From the NCBI GenBank assembly GCA_964540145.1, contig CAZILS010000001.1, positions 19,640 through 83,639 on the forward strand: a stretch of DNA of 64,000 bases, given 5' to 3'. Position numbers and translations under genes: made by a program. The notes under the pieces are model-generated. The model was not told the origin of the DNA. It worked only from the letters and a program-made list of their open reading frames with translations, and ran no database searches. Origin of the DNA: an uncultured archaeon (GTDB taxonomy: Archaea > Iainarchaeota > Iainarchaeia > Iainarchaeales > CAZILS01). This document shows, piece by piece, positions 48,981 to 57,223 of this stretch; the first letter of the stretch is position 1; the number at the start of each line of letters is the position of its first letter.

Positions 48981-49488
48981 ATGGCGGAAAGGGTAAGGTA
49001 CAGGCTTTTCTCGGAACTTTCCCGCAAGGAGAAGGAGGCGTTTGCGGAGAAGGCGGGCTTCCCGAAGAACGGACTTGAGGAAAATCGGCTTTTCAGGCTG
49101 CGCATCATGCCCGGCGCCAAGGGTTCTTTTAACCCTGTAAGGGGGGGATATGGTGATTGCGTTTAGCTTCATAGACTTTTTGAGGAAACCGAGCTATGGC
49201 TTCCTAGAGTCCTACCATATTTATATCCGGCCTGAACACAGGGCAGGCGCGGGGAAGGTGAAGCGGTCCTTTGCGGGGGAGCTGAGCGAGAGGCTGGCCG
49301 AATACGCGAAGGCAAGGGGCCTGAAGCTCAAGATATGCCTTGATGGGAAGGGCGGCAGGTTCTCAAAAAGAGTTTTGCCCGGGCTCATTGAGAAGTTTCC
49401 CGGTTCGAAAGGGAAGTTCCACAATAGAGGGGATATCCCGGAACTGAGGATGCGGTTCACGCAAAGGGGGAAACCCCCGCGGAAATGA
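48981..49488 (+). pseudogene. GNAT-type acetyltransferase-like gene split by a frameshift at a G7 run
   Basis: ORFs 48981..49166 and 49150..49488 overlap at GGGGGGG (49141-49147). Removing one G fuses them. The downstream part has YIRPEHRAGAGK (R-x-x-G-x-G/A). Confidence 0.45.
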
Positions 49489-49509
49489 AATGGAAAGAGG
49501 AATTATTAA

Positions 49510-50082
49510 ATGCCGAGAAAAAACGACCTGCGGCTGAGGAACACAGTTAGGCTGAATTATGCGCTGACGAGGAAGCAGTTAGAGCTTTTCCACAAGGGAA
49601 ACACTGCGCACAATCCCCTTGCGAGGAAGAAGCTGGCCAACTCCTTGAGACAGATACCGAGGGGCGGAAGGGTTTTCACGCAGGAAAGGAGAGCTGCACT
49701 TATGAGGTTCTTTTCCGTGCTGCCGGAGGCGAGGCAGCAGGAGCTCCTGGAAAGGATATTCCTCACAAACGCCTCCACACTGGCAAAGCGGGTTGTTGTT
49801 GCGGCTGGCATCCCCGGCAACAATACTGAGGGGAGGGAGGAGGTGGTTGGCGCACTTGTCAAGTCGGAGCTGTGTGCGTGGTTCCGGCACCTTGAGGAAA
49901 ACCCCGAGAAAAAGGCCGGATACGGGAAGGAAATGTGGCTGTGGATGTGGGCTGCGAAGAAGGCGGCAAAGGGCTATGCGAGGAATAAGGGCGGGGTCGA
50001 TAGGGCAATCGAGGATTTCAGGCAGGATATGGTTGTTGTGCACAACGAGCTGAACGAGATTGCCGAGGCGATTACGGACTAG
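49510..50082 (+). CDS. Hypothetical protein (190 aa)
   Basis: Clean ORF. No motif recognised. Confidence 0.5.
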   Translation: MPRKNDLRLRNTVRLNYALTRKQLELFHKGNTAHNPLARKKLANSLRQIPRGGRVFTQERRAALMRFFSVLPEARQQELLERIFLTNASTLAKRVVVAAGIPGNNTEGREEVVGALVKSELCAWFRHLEENPEKKAGYGKEMWLWMWAAKKAAKGYARNKGGVDRAIEDFRQDMVVVHNELNEIAEAITD

Positions 50083-50097
50083 TTTTTCTACGGGCAT

Positions 50098-51774
50098 TCA
50101 TTTTTCCATTTCCTCCCTCATCTCCTCGAGAATCGCTTTTTTCAGGCGCTCTTTTTCAGTGAGAGGCGCTTTATTTTCAGCAGGGGGTTTCGGCGCGGCT
50201 TTGGCTGTGGGCTTTGGTTTCTCAACAGATTTATTCCTTGTATCTTCCCTTTCCCTTCTCCGTCTCACCCTCTCGGAGATTCTTTCAGCAGCCTCCATAT
50301 CTCCCAGTATTTCATCTTTTTCTGTTTTTTTTGCGGGTTTCTTCATTGCGGCAAAGGCTTCCTTCGCCTTTGCAACGCCTATATCAAAGAGATCCCTCCG
50401 GAGGAAGTAGGCTGCGGCAATTCCTGTTCCTGCGAGGAGAATAAGGGCGAAGATAACGAATAAAAGCGTTAAATCATCGCTTCCTTCGGCAGGGGCTGTT
50501 TCTCCGTTGCCGTCCGTAGAAGGGAAAAAATTCCCGATATTGTTGACAGTGAGATTAAGTTCCTTCGCGGAAATGTTCCCGGTCTTGTCTGTTGCGGTTA
50601 TTGTTAGAGTGTAAGTGCCGTTAGGAACCTGCAAAGTGTTCCACTTGGCGACGTAGCCTGAAGCAGATTTTTCAGTGAACAAGGTGCCTTCGGCAGCCCC
50701 CGAATAGGAGAAGTTTATTGAATCAAGGCCGGAAGCATACTCCCCGGAATCGGAGACAGCTGCGCCGAAACGTGTTTGCCCGGAAACAGTTCCTTTGGGG
50801 GCGTAGGTAACCTTCACTTTGGGGGAAGTGCTGTCATAAACAACATAGAAATTTTTGTCGCAAAGATCCCCAAAAGCGGCATCTGCAGCCAGGAACACGA
50901 AGTTGTATGTTCCTTCCTTTGTGAGGGCGTACTTTGTCGAGAGTTTTGTGCCTGTGCGCCCATCCGCCAATTCTTCGGCAGTTCCATCCGGCAGTTCCAC
51001 CGAAAGCACAGGCCAATACATTGTCTGTGAGCTTATTTCCCTGATTTCAATTTCCAAATCCCGGGTGTTTGTGTAGGCAGGCAAATTTGACTTGAAATGC
51101 AGGTCGCAGGTTGAGGCTGCTTCAGCAAAAGCGAGTAAACTGTAAGGGCCGTTTGTTCCCGCCCTGTCGATTGCTGAAACCTTGTAGAAGTATGTCTTTC
51201 CCTCGCGAAGGCCTCCCTCTATTCCTTTTCCCTTGTCGTGGTATGAAAGGCTTTCCTGCTCTTCCGAAACAAGCGTAGAAAGGTTAGTTTCCAGTTCCAT
51301 TGTGAAGTCCCTGTAAACATTGTAGCCTTTGATGCCGGAAGGGCTTTCGCCGCGGTCTTCGGCCGCATCCCACGTAACCATGATGGTGCCGTCCTTCTGG
51401 GGGGTTGCGGTAACGTTTTTTACGACTGAGGGGGCAAGCCTGTCTATGTTAACCCTGTAATGCGAGGTTTCGGAACAGCTTGAGCCGAAACAGGCCTTGA
51501 TATGGAAGAACCAAGTGCCGTCTTTCTTGCAGCCTGCACGGTAAGAGGTTTCGGAAAGGTCTATCACAGAGTCTGGTTCGGTTGCGGGGAGGGAATCATA
51601 TTCATAGGAGTAGCCGGTTGCGCCCTCAACCTCGTTCCATTTGAATATCGGGTTGCAGTCCCTTGACCACTCGCTTTGGGCGGGGTGGGTTGAGGAGGAG
51701 AGCTGCGGTTTTGAGATTCCGAAGGCTAAAGGGAGCAGCAATAGCAGCATCAAAATAACGATTTTTTTGCGCAC
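50098..51774 (-). CDS. Secreted surface protein (FN3/Ig-like), single C-terminal TM helix and a long Lys/Glu-rich cytoplasmic tail
   Basis: Paralog of 34773..37004 (see findings). The start is uncertain: GTG 51774 or ATG 51750, ahead of the signal peptide LLLLLPLAFG. Confidence 0.7.
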   Translation of the reverse strand: MRKKIVILMLLLLLPLAFGISKPQLSSSTHPAQSEWSRDCNPIFKWNEVEGATGYSYEYDSLPATEPDSVIDLSETSYRAGCKKDGTWFFHIKACFGSSCSETSHYRVNIDRLAPSVVKNVTATPQKDGTIMVTWDAAEDRGESPSGIKGYNVYRDFTMELETNLSTLVSEEQESLSYHDKGKGIEGGLREGKTYFYKVSAIDRAGTNGPYSLLAFAEAASTCDLHFKSNLPAYTNTRDLEIEIREISSQTMYWPVLSVELPDGTAEELADGRTGTKLSTKYALTKEGTYNFVFLAADAAFGDLCDKNFYVVYDSTSPKVKVTYAPKGTVSGQTRFGAAVSDSGEYASGLDSINFSYSGAAEGTLFTEKSASGYVAKWNTLQVPNGTYTLTITATDKTGNISAKELNLTVNNIGNFFPSTDGNGETAPAEGSDDLTLLFVIFALILLAGTGIAAAYFLRRDLFDIGVAKAKEAFAAMKKPAKKTEKDEILGDMEAAERISERVRRRREREDTRNKSVEKPKPTAKAAPKPPAENKAPLTEKERLKKAILEEMREEMEK

Positions 51775-51894
51775 GCCATTAATAGGCAGTCTAAAATAAT
51801 ATAGTTTTCGGCGCACGCAGCTTCGCTGCAAATTGCATTTCGCCAAGCCCTGAAAAAGAAAACAATTTTATAGCTAAAAGACGTAATATTAACA

Positions 51895-52146
51895 ATGCCA
51901 AGAAAATACTTAGTCGGGGCTATCGATGCCTGCAAGGTGGGGAATTACAGGCCGATGGAGTCCTTTTTGAAAAAGCACAGGCCGAGTGCGGGGTTCCTTG
52001 TGGAGAACGGGGCAGATGCGGAAAAACTTATCGGATTGGGCCTTACCGCAGGGATGCTGAGGGAGATCGACCCCGGCCACTTCACACAGGACTTCCTGGA
52101 AGAATTGGGCTTTGAAAGGATGCAGGCGAGCTGCGCATGCAGGTAG
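51895..52146 (+). CDS. Hypothetical protein (83 aa)
   Basis: ATG with TTTTATAGC about 30 nt upstream. No motif recognised. Confidence 0.4.
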   Translation: MPRKYLVGAIDACKVGNYRPMESFLKKHRPSAGFLVENGADAEKLIGLGLTAGMLREIDPGHFTQDFLEELGFERMQASCACR

Positions 52147-52365
52147 AAAAAAGGTTAATTGCCGCATATAAGTATTGGGTTGGCTTAGTTAAGGAAGAGG
52201 TAAAAAACCTGAAAAAGAGCTGAATGCTACATAACCTTTTTTTGTTTTAGTGAATTTTTGATGTGGCTCCCCTAGTATTGGACTTGTAAGGGTTCCGATT
52301 ATTTTTGGCAGAGGAAATCTGCGCCCCCAGAGGGCTTTTTATAATCACTCACATTATTAGTAAAT

Positions 52366-52698
52366 GTGAGCGCATATTTAAATAGTAGGAAAAAGATAAT
52401 ACTTACAAGGCACTTTGCGGAAAAGTGGGCGGATAGGATTGCGGCATCCGGAACCATAGCAAAGTCTGAACAGGATAAGGAAATAATCCCCGCGGTGAGA
52501 TTAGCACTAGAGACGAAAGCCCATAAGCTTGTCTACGATGGTGAGGAACATAACGGCAAAAAATACCGGATGGTTTGCGAAGTAAAAAAAGAGGCAATTA
52601 CTTTGGTTGTTGTTGATACTGAAAAGGCCTTGGTTTTCAAAACTGCTTGGAAGGCCAAGCCGTGGGAGAAGAGTTATTTTAGGGAGGCGGGACTATGA
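52366..52698 (+). CDS. Putative toxin (DUF4258-like small RNase-type fold), partner of the downstream antitoxin
   Basis: IILTRHFAEKWADR near the N-terminus and ITLVVVDTEKALVFKTAW near the C-terminus. GTG start. 4-nt overlap with the next gene. Confidence 0.4.
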   Translation: MSAYLNSRKKIILTRHFAEKWADRIAASGTIAKSEQDKEIIPAVRLALETKAHKLVYDGEEHNGKKYRMVCEVKKEAITLVVVDTEKALVFKTAWKAKPWEKSYFREAGL

Positions 52699-53012
52699 AA
52701 TGCCCGATTTGTGACGGAGAGCTTACGGAAAAAGAACACAAGTATAAGCTGGGCGGCAAGGAGATAGGATACCAGTCGTTCAAATGCTCTAACTGCAAGG
52801 AAGACCTTGTTTTCGGGGAAGAAGCAGACAGGGTTTTTAGGGATGTTGCCAAATACAAGAAAGAGCTGCATTACAAGAAAAAGCTGAGTTATGCGGGGAA
52901 TTCCCTTGTTTTGAGGATTCCTGCGAAGCTTGCGAAGAGCATGGATATGCACAAGGGAACAACAGTCGATATTGTTCCCGGGAAGAAGGAGTTTACTGTT
53001 AGTGTTAAGTGA
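52695..53012 (+). CDS. Antitoxin-like fusion: MqsA/YgiT-type zinc ribbon plus SpoVT/AbrB domain
   Basis: MKCPICDGEL...FKCSNCKEDLVFGEEADRVF, then GNSLVLRIPAKLAKSMDMHKGTTVDIV. Confidence 0.65.
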   Translation: MKCPICDGELTEKEHKYKLGGKEIGYQSFKCSNCKEDLVFGEEADRVFRDVAKYKKELHYKKKLSYAGNSLVLRIPAKLAKSMDMHKGTTVDIVPGKKEFTVSVK

Positions 53013-53016
53013 TTTT

Positions 53017-53139
53017 ATGGAAGTAAGAGAAGATGTTGTCAAGGAAGTAATCAGGGAATGCGAAGCCATGGAAAAGCGCGGCGACAAGGCAATGCCCCTG
53101 GATGAGATAGACAAATTGTGCGGGGAAAATCCCAAGTAA
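53017..53139 (+). CDS. 40-aa ORF resembling the C-terminal half of the two antitoxins at 53367 and 63096
   Basis: The ending MPLDEIDKLCGENPK compares with MSLKELKKLSGA and MSLKELDKLCGK. Confidence 0.3.
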   Translation: MEVREDVVKEVIRECEAMEKRGDKAMPLDEIDKLCGENPK

Positions 53140-53366
53140 ATCCTTATTGCTACATAACCTTTTTTTGTTATAGTGGGGCAAACGTGTGCGCCCCCCCGTA
53201 GGAAAAAATCTCTTGGTTTCGCACAGGAAGTTTGGCAGCGGAAATCCGCACCGCTACCAATGCGTTAAAGCCGGCGTTTTCGCTAATCACAGGTATGCTC
53301 CAAAAGGACATTCCCGAAAGGCTTAAATATCACCTAAGCACACATTATGTGAGTAGAGGTGAGTTT

Positions 53367-53624
53367 ATGCACAACGTGAATTTTAGGGGGATAATTTCCG
53401 AGTACACTAACAGGGTTCTTGGAGTCATTAAGGAAAAATATGGCCTTAAGGACAAGTCAGAGGCTCTGGATAAGTTCGCCGAGCTCTATGGAGAGAAATT
53501 TGTTGAACCGGAGATCAGGAAGGAACTTATTGAGGAAGTACTGGAAACAGCCAAAGAGGCTAGAGAAGAGCACCCTGACCGAAGGATGTCCCTGAAGGAG
53601 CTGAAAAAGCTCTCAGGCGCATGA
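53367..53624 (+). CDS. Antitoxin-like protein (paralog of 63096..63356)
   Basis: YTNRVLGVIKEKYGLKDKSEALDKFAELYGEKFVE...HPDRRMSLKELKKLSGA. GAGGTGAG before the ATG. Confidence 0.6.
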   Translation: MHNVNFRGIISEYTNRVLGVIKEKYGLKDKSEALDKFAELYGEKFVEPEIRKELIEEVLETAKEAREEHPDRRMSLKELKKLSGA

Positions 53625-53625
53625 T

Positions 53626-53908
53626 TTGTTTGAGTTTGACCTAACCGAAAAGTGCAAAAAAGCGCTAGAGAAATTGGAAAAGTCTGATCAGAAGCTTAGC
53701 CAGGCGCTTTACCGGAAAATGGCAGATTATTTCTCGGGACCACGAGACCATTGATTTCTACAAGAATTTGAAGCACGACAGCAAGGAATTCAAGCGGGTT
53801 CATCTCACAAAGCAACTTGTATTCACCTTTAAGGTTGATAAACGCAGGAATTTCATTAGGTTTGATGTCCTCGACCACCGCGGCAAGGCGTACAAAAAGA
53901 AAAAATAG
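53626..53908 (+). pseudogene. RelE/ParE-like toxin gene disrupted by a frameshift
   Basis: Frame 1 reads MFEFDLTEKCKKALEKLEK...GPRDH and stops at 53752. The next frame continues IDFYKNLKHDSKEFKRVHLTKQLVFTFKVDKRRNFIRFDVLDHRGKAYKKKK, colinear with the intact paralog at 63361..63645. Confidence 0.65.
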
Positions 53909-54787
53909 CCTAACTTATACATAACGGATTTTTGATTTCATATCTTGCCGGCCCTAGCTCCCCCCTAAGCAGCACTGAGCCGGAGATAGCTTCGAATTCC
54001 GCGCGCTAATTTCCCGGAAATAACCTCAAATTAGCCTTTAGTCCCCAGATACGTGTGTTCTGGACGTATTTGGCTATTTGGAGTGGCTTGGAATGCCTTA
54101 CGAGATTAAGCATAACCATGATTATGCTGTAAAATTGCGAAGGGAATTGGAAAAAAAGTGTCAAAAATTAGGCTCTTTTTTGAGTAGGGGAAGTAAGGGC
54201 CCCTGTTCATTTCGCTTCGCTCAAGGGGGAGCGGCTGTGGGGAGCACAGCCCACGGATGTTTGTTATGTAGAAGATGAGGTGTGAGTGGCCTTGAATTTC
54301 CCTGTTTTAGGGTGGCTTTGAAACAAGGAGTAGCTTTGAACCCTTCGGGCAGGCTGTGAGGAATGGGGTTAGTTTCCTTTCATATGTGCGCATGTGTGAA
54401 TACAGCGTACGCACACCCCTGAAATAATGGATTTTTGGGAAAATCCGGGGAAATTGAGCCGGCCGGAACAGCGGGATTGTAATGAGGATACGCACAGTAA
54501 ATCCAGACAAAGTTGTATGTTTTGGGCTATATCATCGGGTACTGTTTTGTCCGCGCACTCATTGGCCTTACTGGGGAGCAACACTTTTCTCTGCCCGCCT
54601 GCGCAAACCAGATGCGCCTGCGAACGTGTCCAAGAATTTGTGCAAAAAAATCCGTGGGGTTGAAATGCGGAAAGTGCGCTCCCCCTTGGAGCAAGGGAAT
54701 GGCCCTGAATAGCTGTTATTCCCCCGACCTATTTTGGCGTTTTTTTGGGCGTTTTAAGCAGGGGCTAGGGGGCGGTAATAGAGGTGT

Positions 54788-54812
54788 GTTATGTAGTATT
54801 TAGATACATAAC
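54788..54812. repeat. Inverted pair GTTATGTA-N9-TACATAAC (imperfect 11-7-11 palindrome)
   Basis: GTGTTATGTAG TATTTAG ATACATAACTA. The arms match at 8 of 11 positions. Lies about 200 bp upstream of the HTH gene at 55019. Confidence 0.7.
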
Positions 54813-55018
54813 TAATATTCGTTTAAGAAGCCAGAACCAAGCGGTTAGTTAAGGAAGCAATGCAACTTTTTGATGCCTGACAACTAACTTTTACGCCCCC
54901 TTCATATTATGTAGCAAAATAACCTCAAAGATTATTAAAGACAAATTTCCAAATATTTTCGATGCCACAAACTGCTATTCTTTCCATAATTCTTTCCGCG
55001 GAGCACTCCGGTAAAGAA

Positions 55019-55171
55019 ATGAAGCGTCTCCGTGAAGAAGCTCGATTATCCAAATCCGATTTGGCCAAGCGTATGGGCATAAGTGTTTCCACTTTGAACG
55101 ATTATGAGGAAAGAAGGTCCCCCCGAAGTCAAAAAATACTCGAGAACTTCGTAAACGCGCTTGAATCATAG
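55019..55171 (+). CDS. XRE-family HTH protein (controller-protein-like, 50 aa)
   Basis: MKRLREEARLSKSDLAKRMGISVSTLNDYEERR. Confidence 0.6.
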   Translation: MKRLREEARLSKSDLAKRMGISVSTLNDYEERRSPRSQKILENFVNALES

Positions 55172-55561
55172 GGCTTTCTGTATTTTCTTGATGCACTTTT
55201 CCGGGCTCTTTTTTAACTCGTGTTCCCAAACTCGGATTACCTTCCAACCCCGCTTTTTTAGCTCCCTGTTTACCTTGCGGTCCCTTTCTTTATTTGCGCT
55301 TATTTTTGGTTCCCAAAAGCCCCTATTCGTGGCGGGAATCGTTTTGCATTTGCAACCGTGCCAAAAACACCCGTCCAGGAACAAGACCGCCCTATGTCCG
55401 ACCAGCCGAAAATCCGGGGTGCCGTACAACTTCGGATGGCCCCTGTAGCGAATCCCGTTCTTTCTAAGCAAAGAGGCCAATTTTCGCTCTATTTTGGTTT
55501 TTTTGCCCTTTATTTGGGACATTAGCTCGCTTCGCTTTTCTTTTGTAAAAATATCCGCCAT
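55166..55561 (-). CDS. vsr: Very short patch repair endonuclease
   Basis: FTKEKRSELMSQIKGKKTKIE, GTPDFRLVGHRAVLFLDGCFWHGC, WKVIRVWEHEL. ATG at 55561. Confidence 0.85.
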   Translation of the reverse strand: MADIFTKEKRSELMSQIKGKKTKIERKLASLLRKNGIRYRGHPKLYGTPDFRLVGHRAVLFLDGCFWHGCKCKTIPATNRGFWEPKISANKERDRKVNRELKKRGWKVIRVWEHELKKSPEKCIKKIQKAL

Positions 55562-55607
55562 CGAAAGACATATATTGGCAAAGTTACAAAAAGATAGCGG
55601 GAAACGC
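55562..55607. promoter_or_regulatory. 46-bp divergent control region between vsr and the HNH gene
   Basis: Contains ACATATATTGG. It is the only non-coding DNA between the two start codons. Confidence 0.4.
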
Positions 55608-56252
55608 ATGGCTGCGAAAGATCTTATCCTTGACCTGCTAAAGAAGAATGTTGGAAAGCGGGTGCCGTCGTCCGAAATAAGAAAGAAAGCGAAAATATCG
55701 GATTGGGCCCGGTGCATCAGGACGCTTCGTCAAGAGGGTTGGAAAATCGAGTTGAGTCGGAAGGATGGGGGCGGGTACAAACTCGTTTCTCTGAGCAAAG
55801 GGCGAGGCGTAACGCGAACGCAAATCGACGCAAAAACGGCTTATTTAATCAGGTCGAGAGACAACTTCGTTTGCCAAGCCTGCGGTAAAAACGTAAGGGG
55901 CAAGGAAAATCACATCGACCATATTGTCCCGGTGGATTTTGGGGGCACCAACGAACTTGATAATTTGCAATTGCTGTGCAAGGCTTGCAACTTGGGAAAG
56001 AAGAATTTATACAAGGAACAAGATAAGGCACTTATGAAAAAGATCTTTGCTTCAACTTCTTCCAAAGAACGGCTTAGGCTATTTTTTGAAGGAAATCCGA
56101 ATAAGCTCTTATCCCCGTCCGTTTTGCAAGGGGTTGCTCACGTTAGGGACTGGGAGCGTGCTTTGAGATACGTACGTTCCGAAAACGTGATGAATATTAA
56201 ATATGCCCCCAAGAGCAAAAATTCGGAAGAAGGATATATCTATACTCCTTGA
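55608..56252 (+). CDS. HNH endonuclease with an N-terminal winged-helix-like domain (candidate restriction enzyme)
   Basis: CQACGKNVRGKENHIDHIVPVDFGGTNELDNLQLLCKACNLGKKN. Confidence 0.75.
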   Translation: MAAKDLILDLLKKNVGKRVPSSEIRKKAKISDWARCIRTLRQEGWKIELSRKDGGGYKLVSLSKGRGVTRTQIDAKTAYLIRSRDNFVCQACGKNVRGKENHIDHIVPVDFGGTNELDNLQLLCKACNLGKKNLYKEQDKALMKKIFASTSSKERLRLFFEGNPNKLLSPSVLQGVAHVRDWERALRYVRSENVMNIKYAPKSKNSEEGYIYTP

Positions 56253-57223
56253 TTTTTGTCCAAAACATTCTTAATGCTCCTTGCAATCGTTTCCACTACG
56301 GGCACCGGAACCGAGTTTGCAAACTGCTTATAGGCCTGGGTTTTGGAAACGGGAATCTTGAAATTTTCGCCGAACCCCTGTAAACGGGCGCACTCTCGTT
56401 CCGTCAAATATCTTATTCCCTCGTCGTTGAATCTTTTCTTATCGGGATCTTTTATTTTGGCAAAGGCCTGCGGGTCTCTTACGAGATTTCTCTCCCGGCC
56501 CATTCCTCCGCAAACCAATGCATTGGCTATCTTGTTCTTTTCATGAACCAAATACCCGAATCCGTTTCCCTTACTCTCGTGCCTTTTTTTATGTTGTTTC
56601 ATCCCCGCCAGCCTTTTTTTGGTGATGAAGTACTTTAGGGGGACTTCCTTTTCCAGAATGTCTTTCAAGGTTACCCCATTATCTTTTTTTTCCGGTATTT
56701 GATATCCGAACCAATCCAGATCTTTTCTGAATCCGACAATAAATATTCTTTCTCGATTTTGCGGCAGTTTAAAGTTTTTCGCATTCAGAACCTTGTGGAA
56801 TACGACGTAATCCATTTCCTCCAAAGAGGCCTTTATTATCCCGAATGTTTTGCCTTTGTCGTGTCTTTCCAGATTTTTTACATTTTCCAATAAGAACGCT
56901 TTCGGCTTTTTTTCTTTAATTATCCTCGCCACGTCGAAAAATAGTGTTCCCCTAGTGTCTTCGAAACCTTTTTTTTGGCCCGCTATGCTGAATGCCTGAC
57001 AAGGGAAACCCCCGACCAAAACATCGAAATTCGGGAGGGTTTTTGGATTAACTTGAGTTATATCTCCGGTAGGGTCTTCTCCGAAGTTTTCCTTATATGT
57101 TACCGCACAAAAATGGTCTATTTCGTTTGAGTATACCGCTTGAAACGCACGGGTGTTTTCGAAGCCTTTTCTAAGGCCCCCGATTCCCGCAAAAAGATCG
57201 ATTATTTTGAATTTATCGGACAT
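56240..57223 (-). CDS. dcm: DNA (cytosine-5)-methyltransferase
   Basis: Motif I IDLFAGIGG, motif IV GGFPCQAFS, motif VI ENVKNL, motif VIII QNRERIFIVG, motif X FANSVPVPV. 327 aa. Confidence 0.9.
   Translation of the reverse strand: MSDKFKIIDLFAGIGGLRKGFENTRAFQAVYSNEIDHFCAVTYKENFGEDPTGDITQVNPKTLPNFDVLVGGFPCQAFSIAGQKKGFEDTRGTLFFDVARIIKEKKPKAFLLENVKNLERHDKGKTFGIIKASLEEMDYVVFHKVLNAKNFKLPQNRERIFIVGFRKDLDWFGYQIPEKKDNGVTLKDILEKEVPLKYFITKKRLAGMKQHKKRHESKGNGFGYLVHEKNKIANALVCGGMGRERNLVRDPQAFAKIKDPDKKRFNDEGIRYLTERECARLQGFGENFKIPVSKTQAYKQFANSVPVPVVETIARSIKNVLDKNQGV

Noticed and set aside
53696-53878. 60-aa minus-strand ORF
   Set aside because: It lies antisense to the second half of the relE-like pseudogene, whose homology to 63361..63645 explains the sequence.
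54078-54803. Several 66-96-aa ORFs on both strands (54078..54278, 54307..54510, 54369..54584, 54427..54663, 54482..54712, 54513..54803)
   Set aside because: They overlap one another in different frames, are Cys/Arg/Gly-rich, have no motifs, and lie in repeat-dense DNA.
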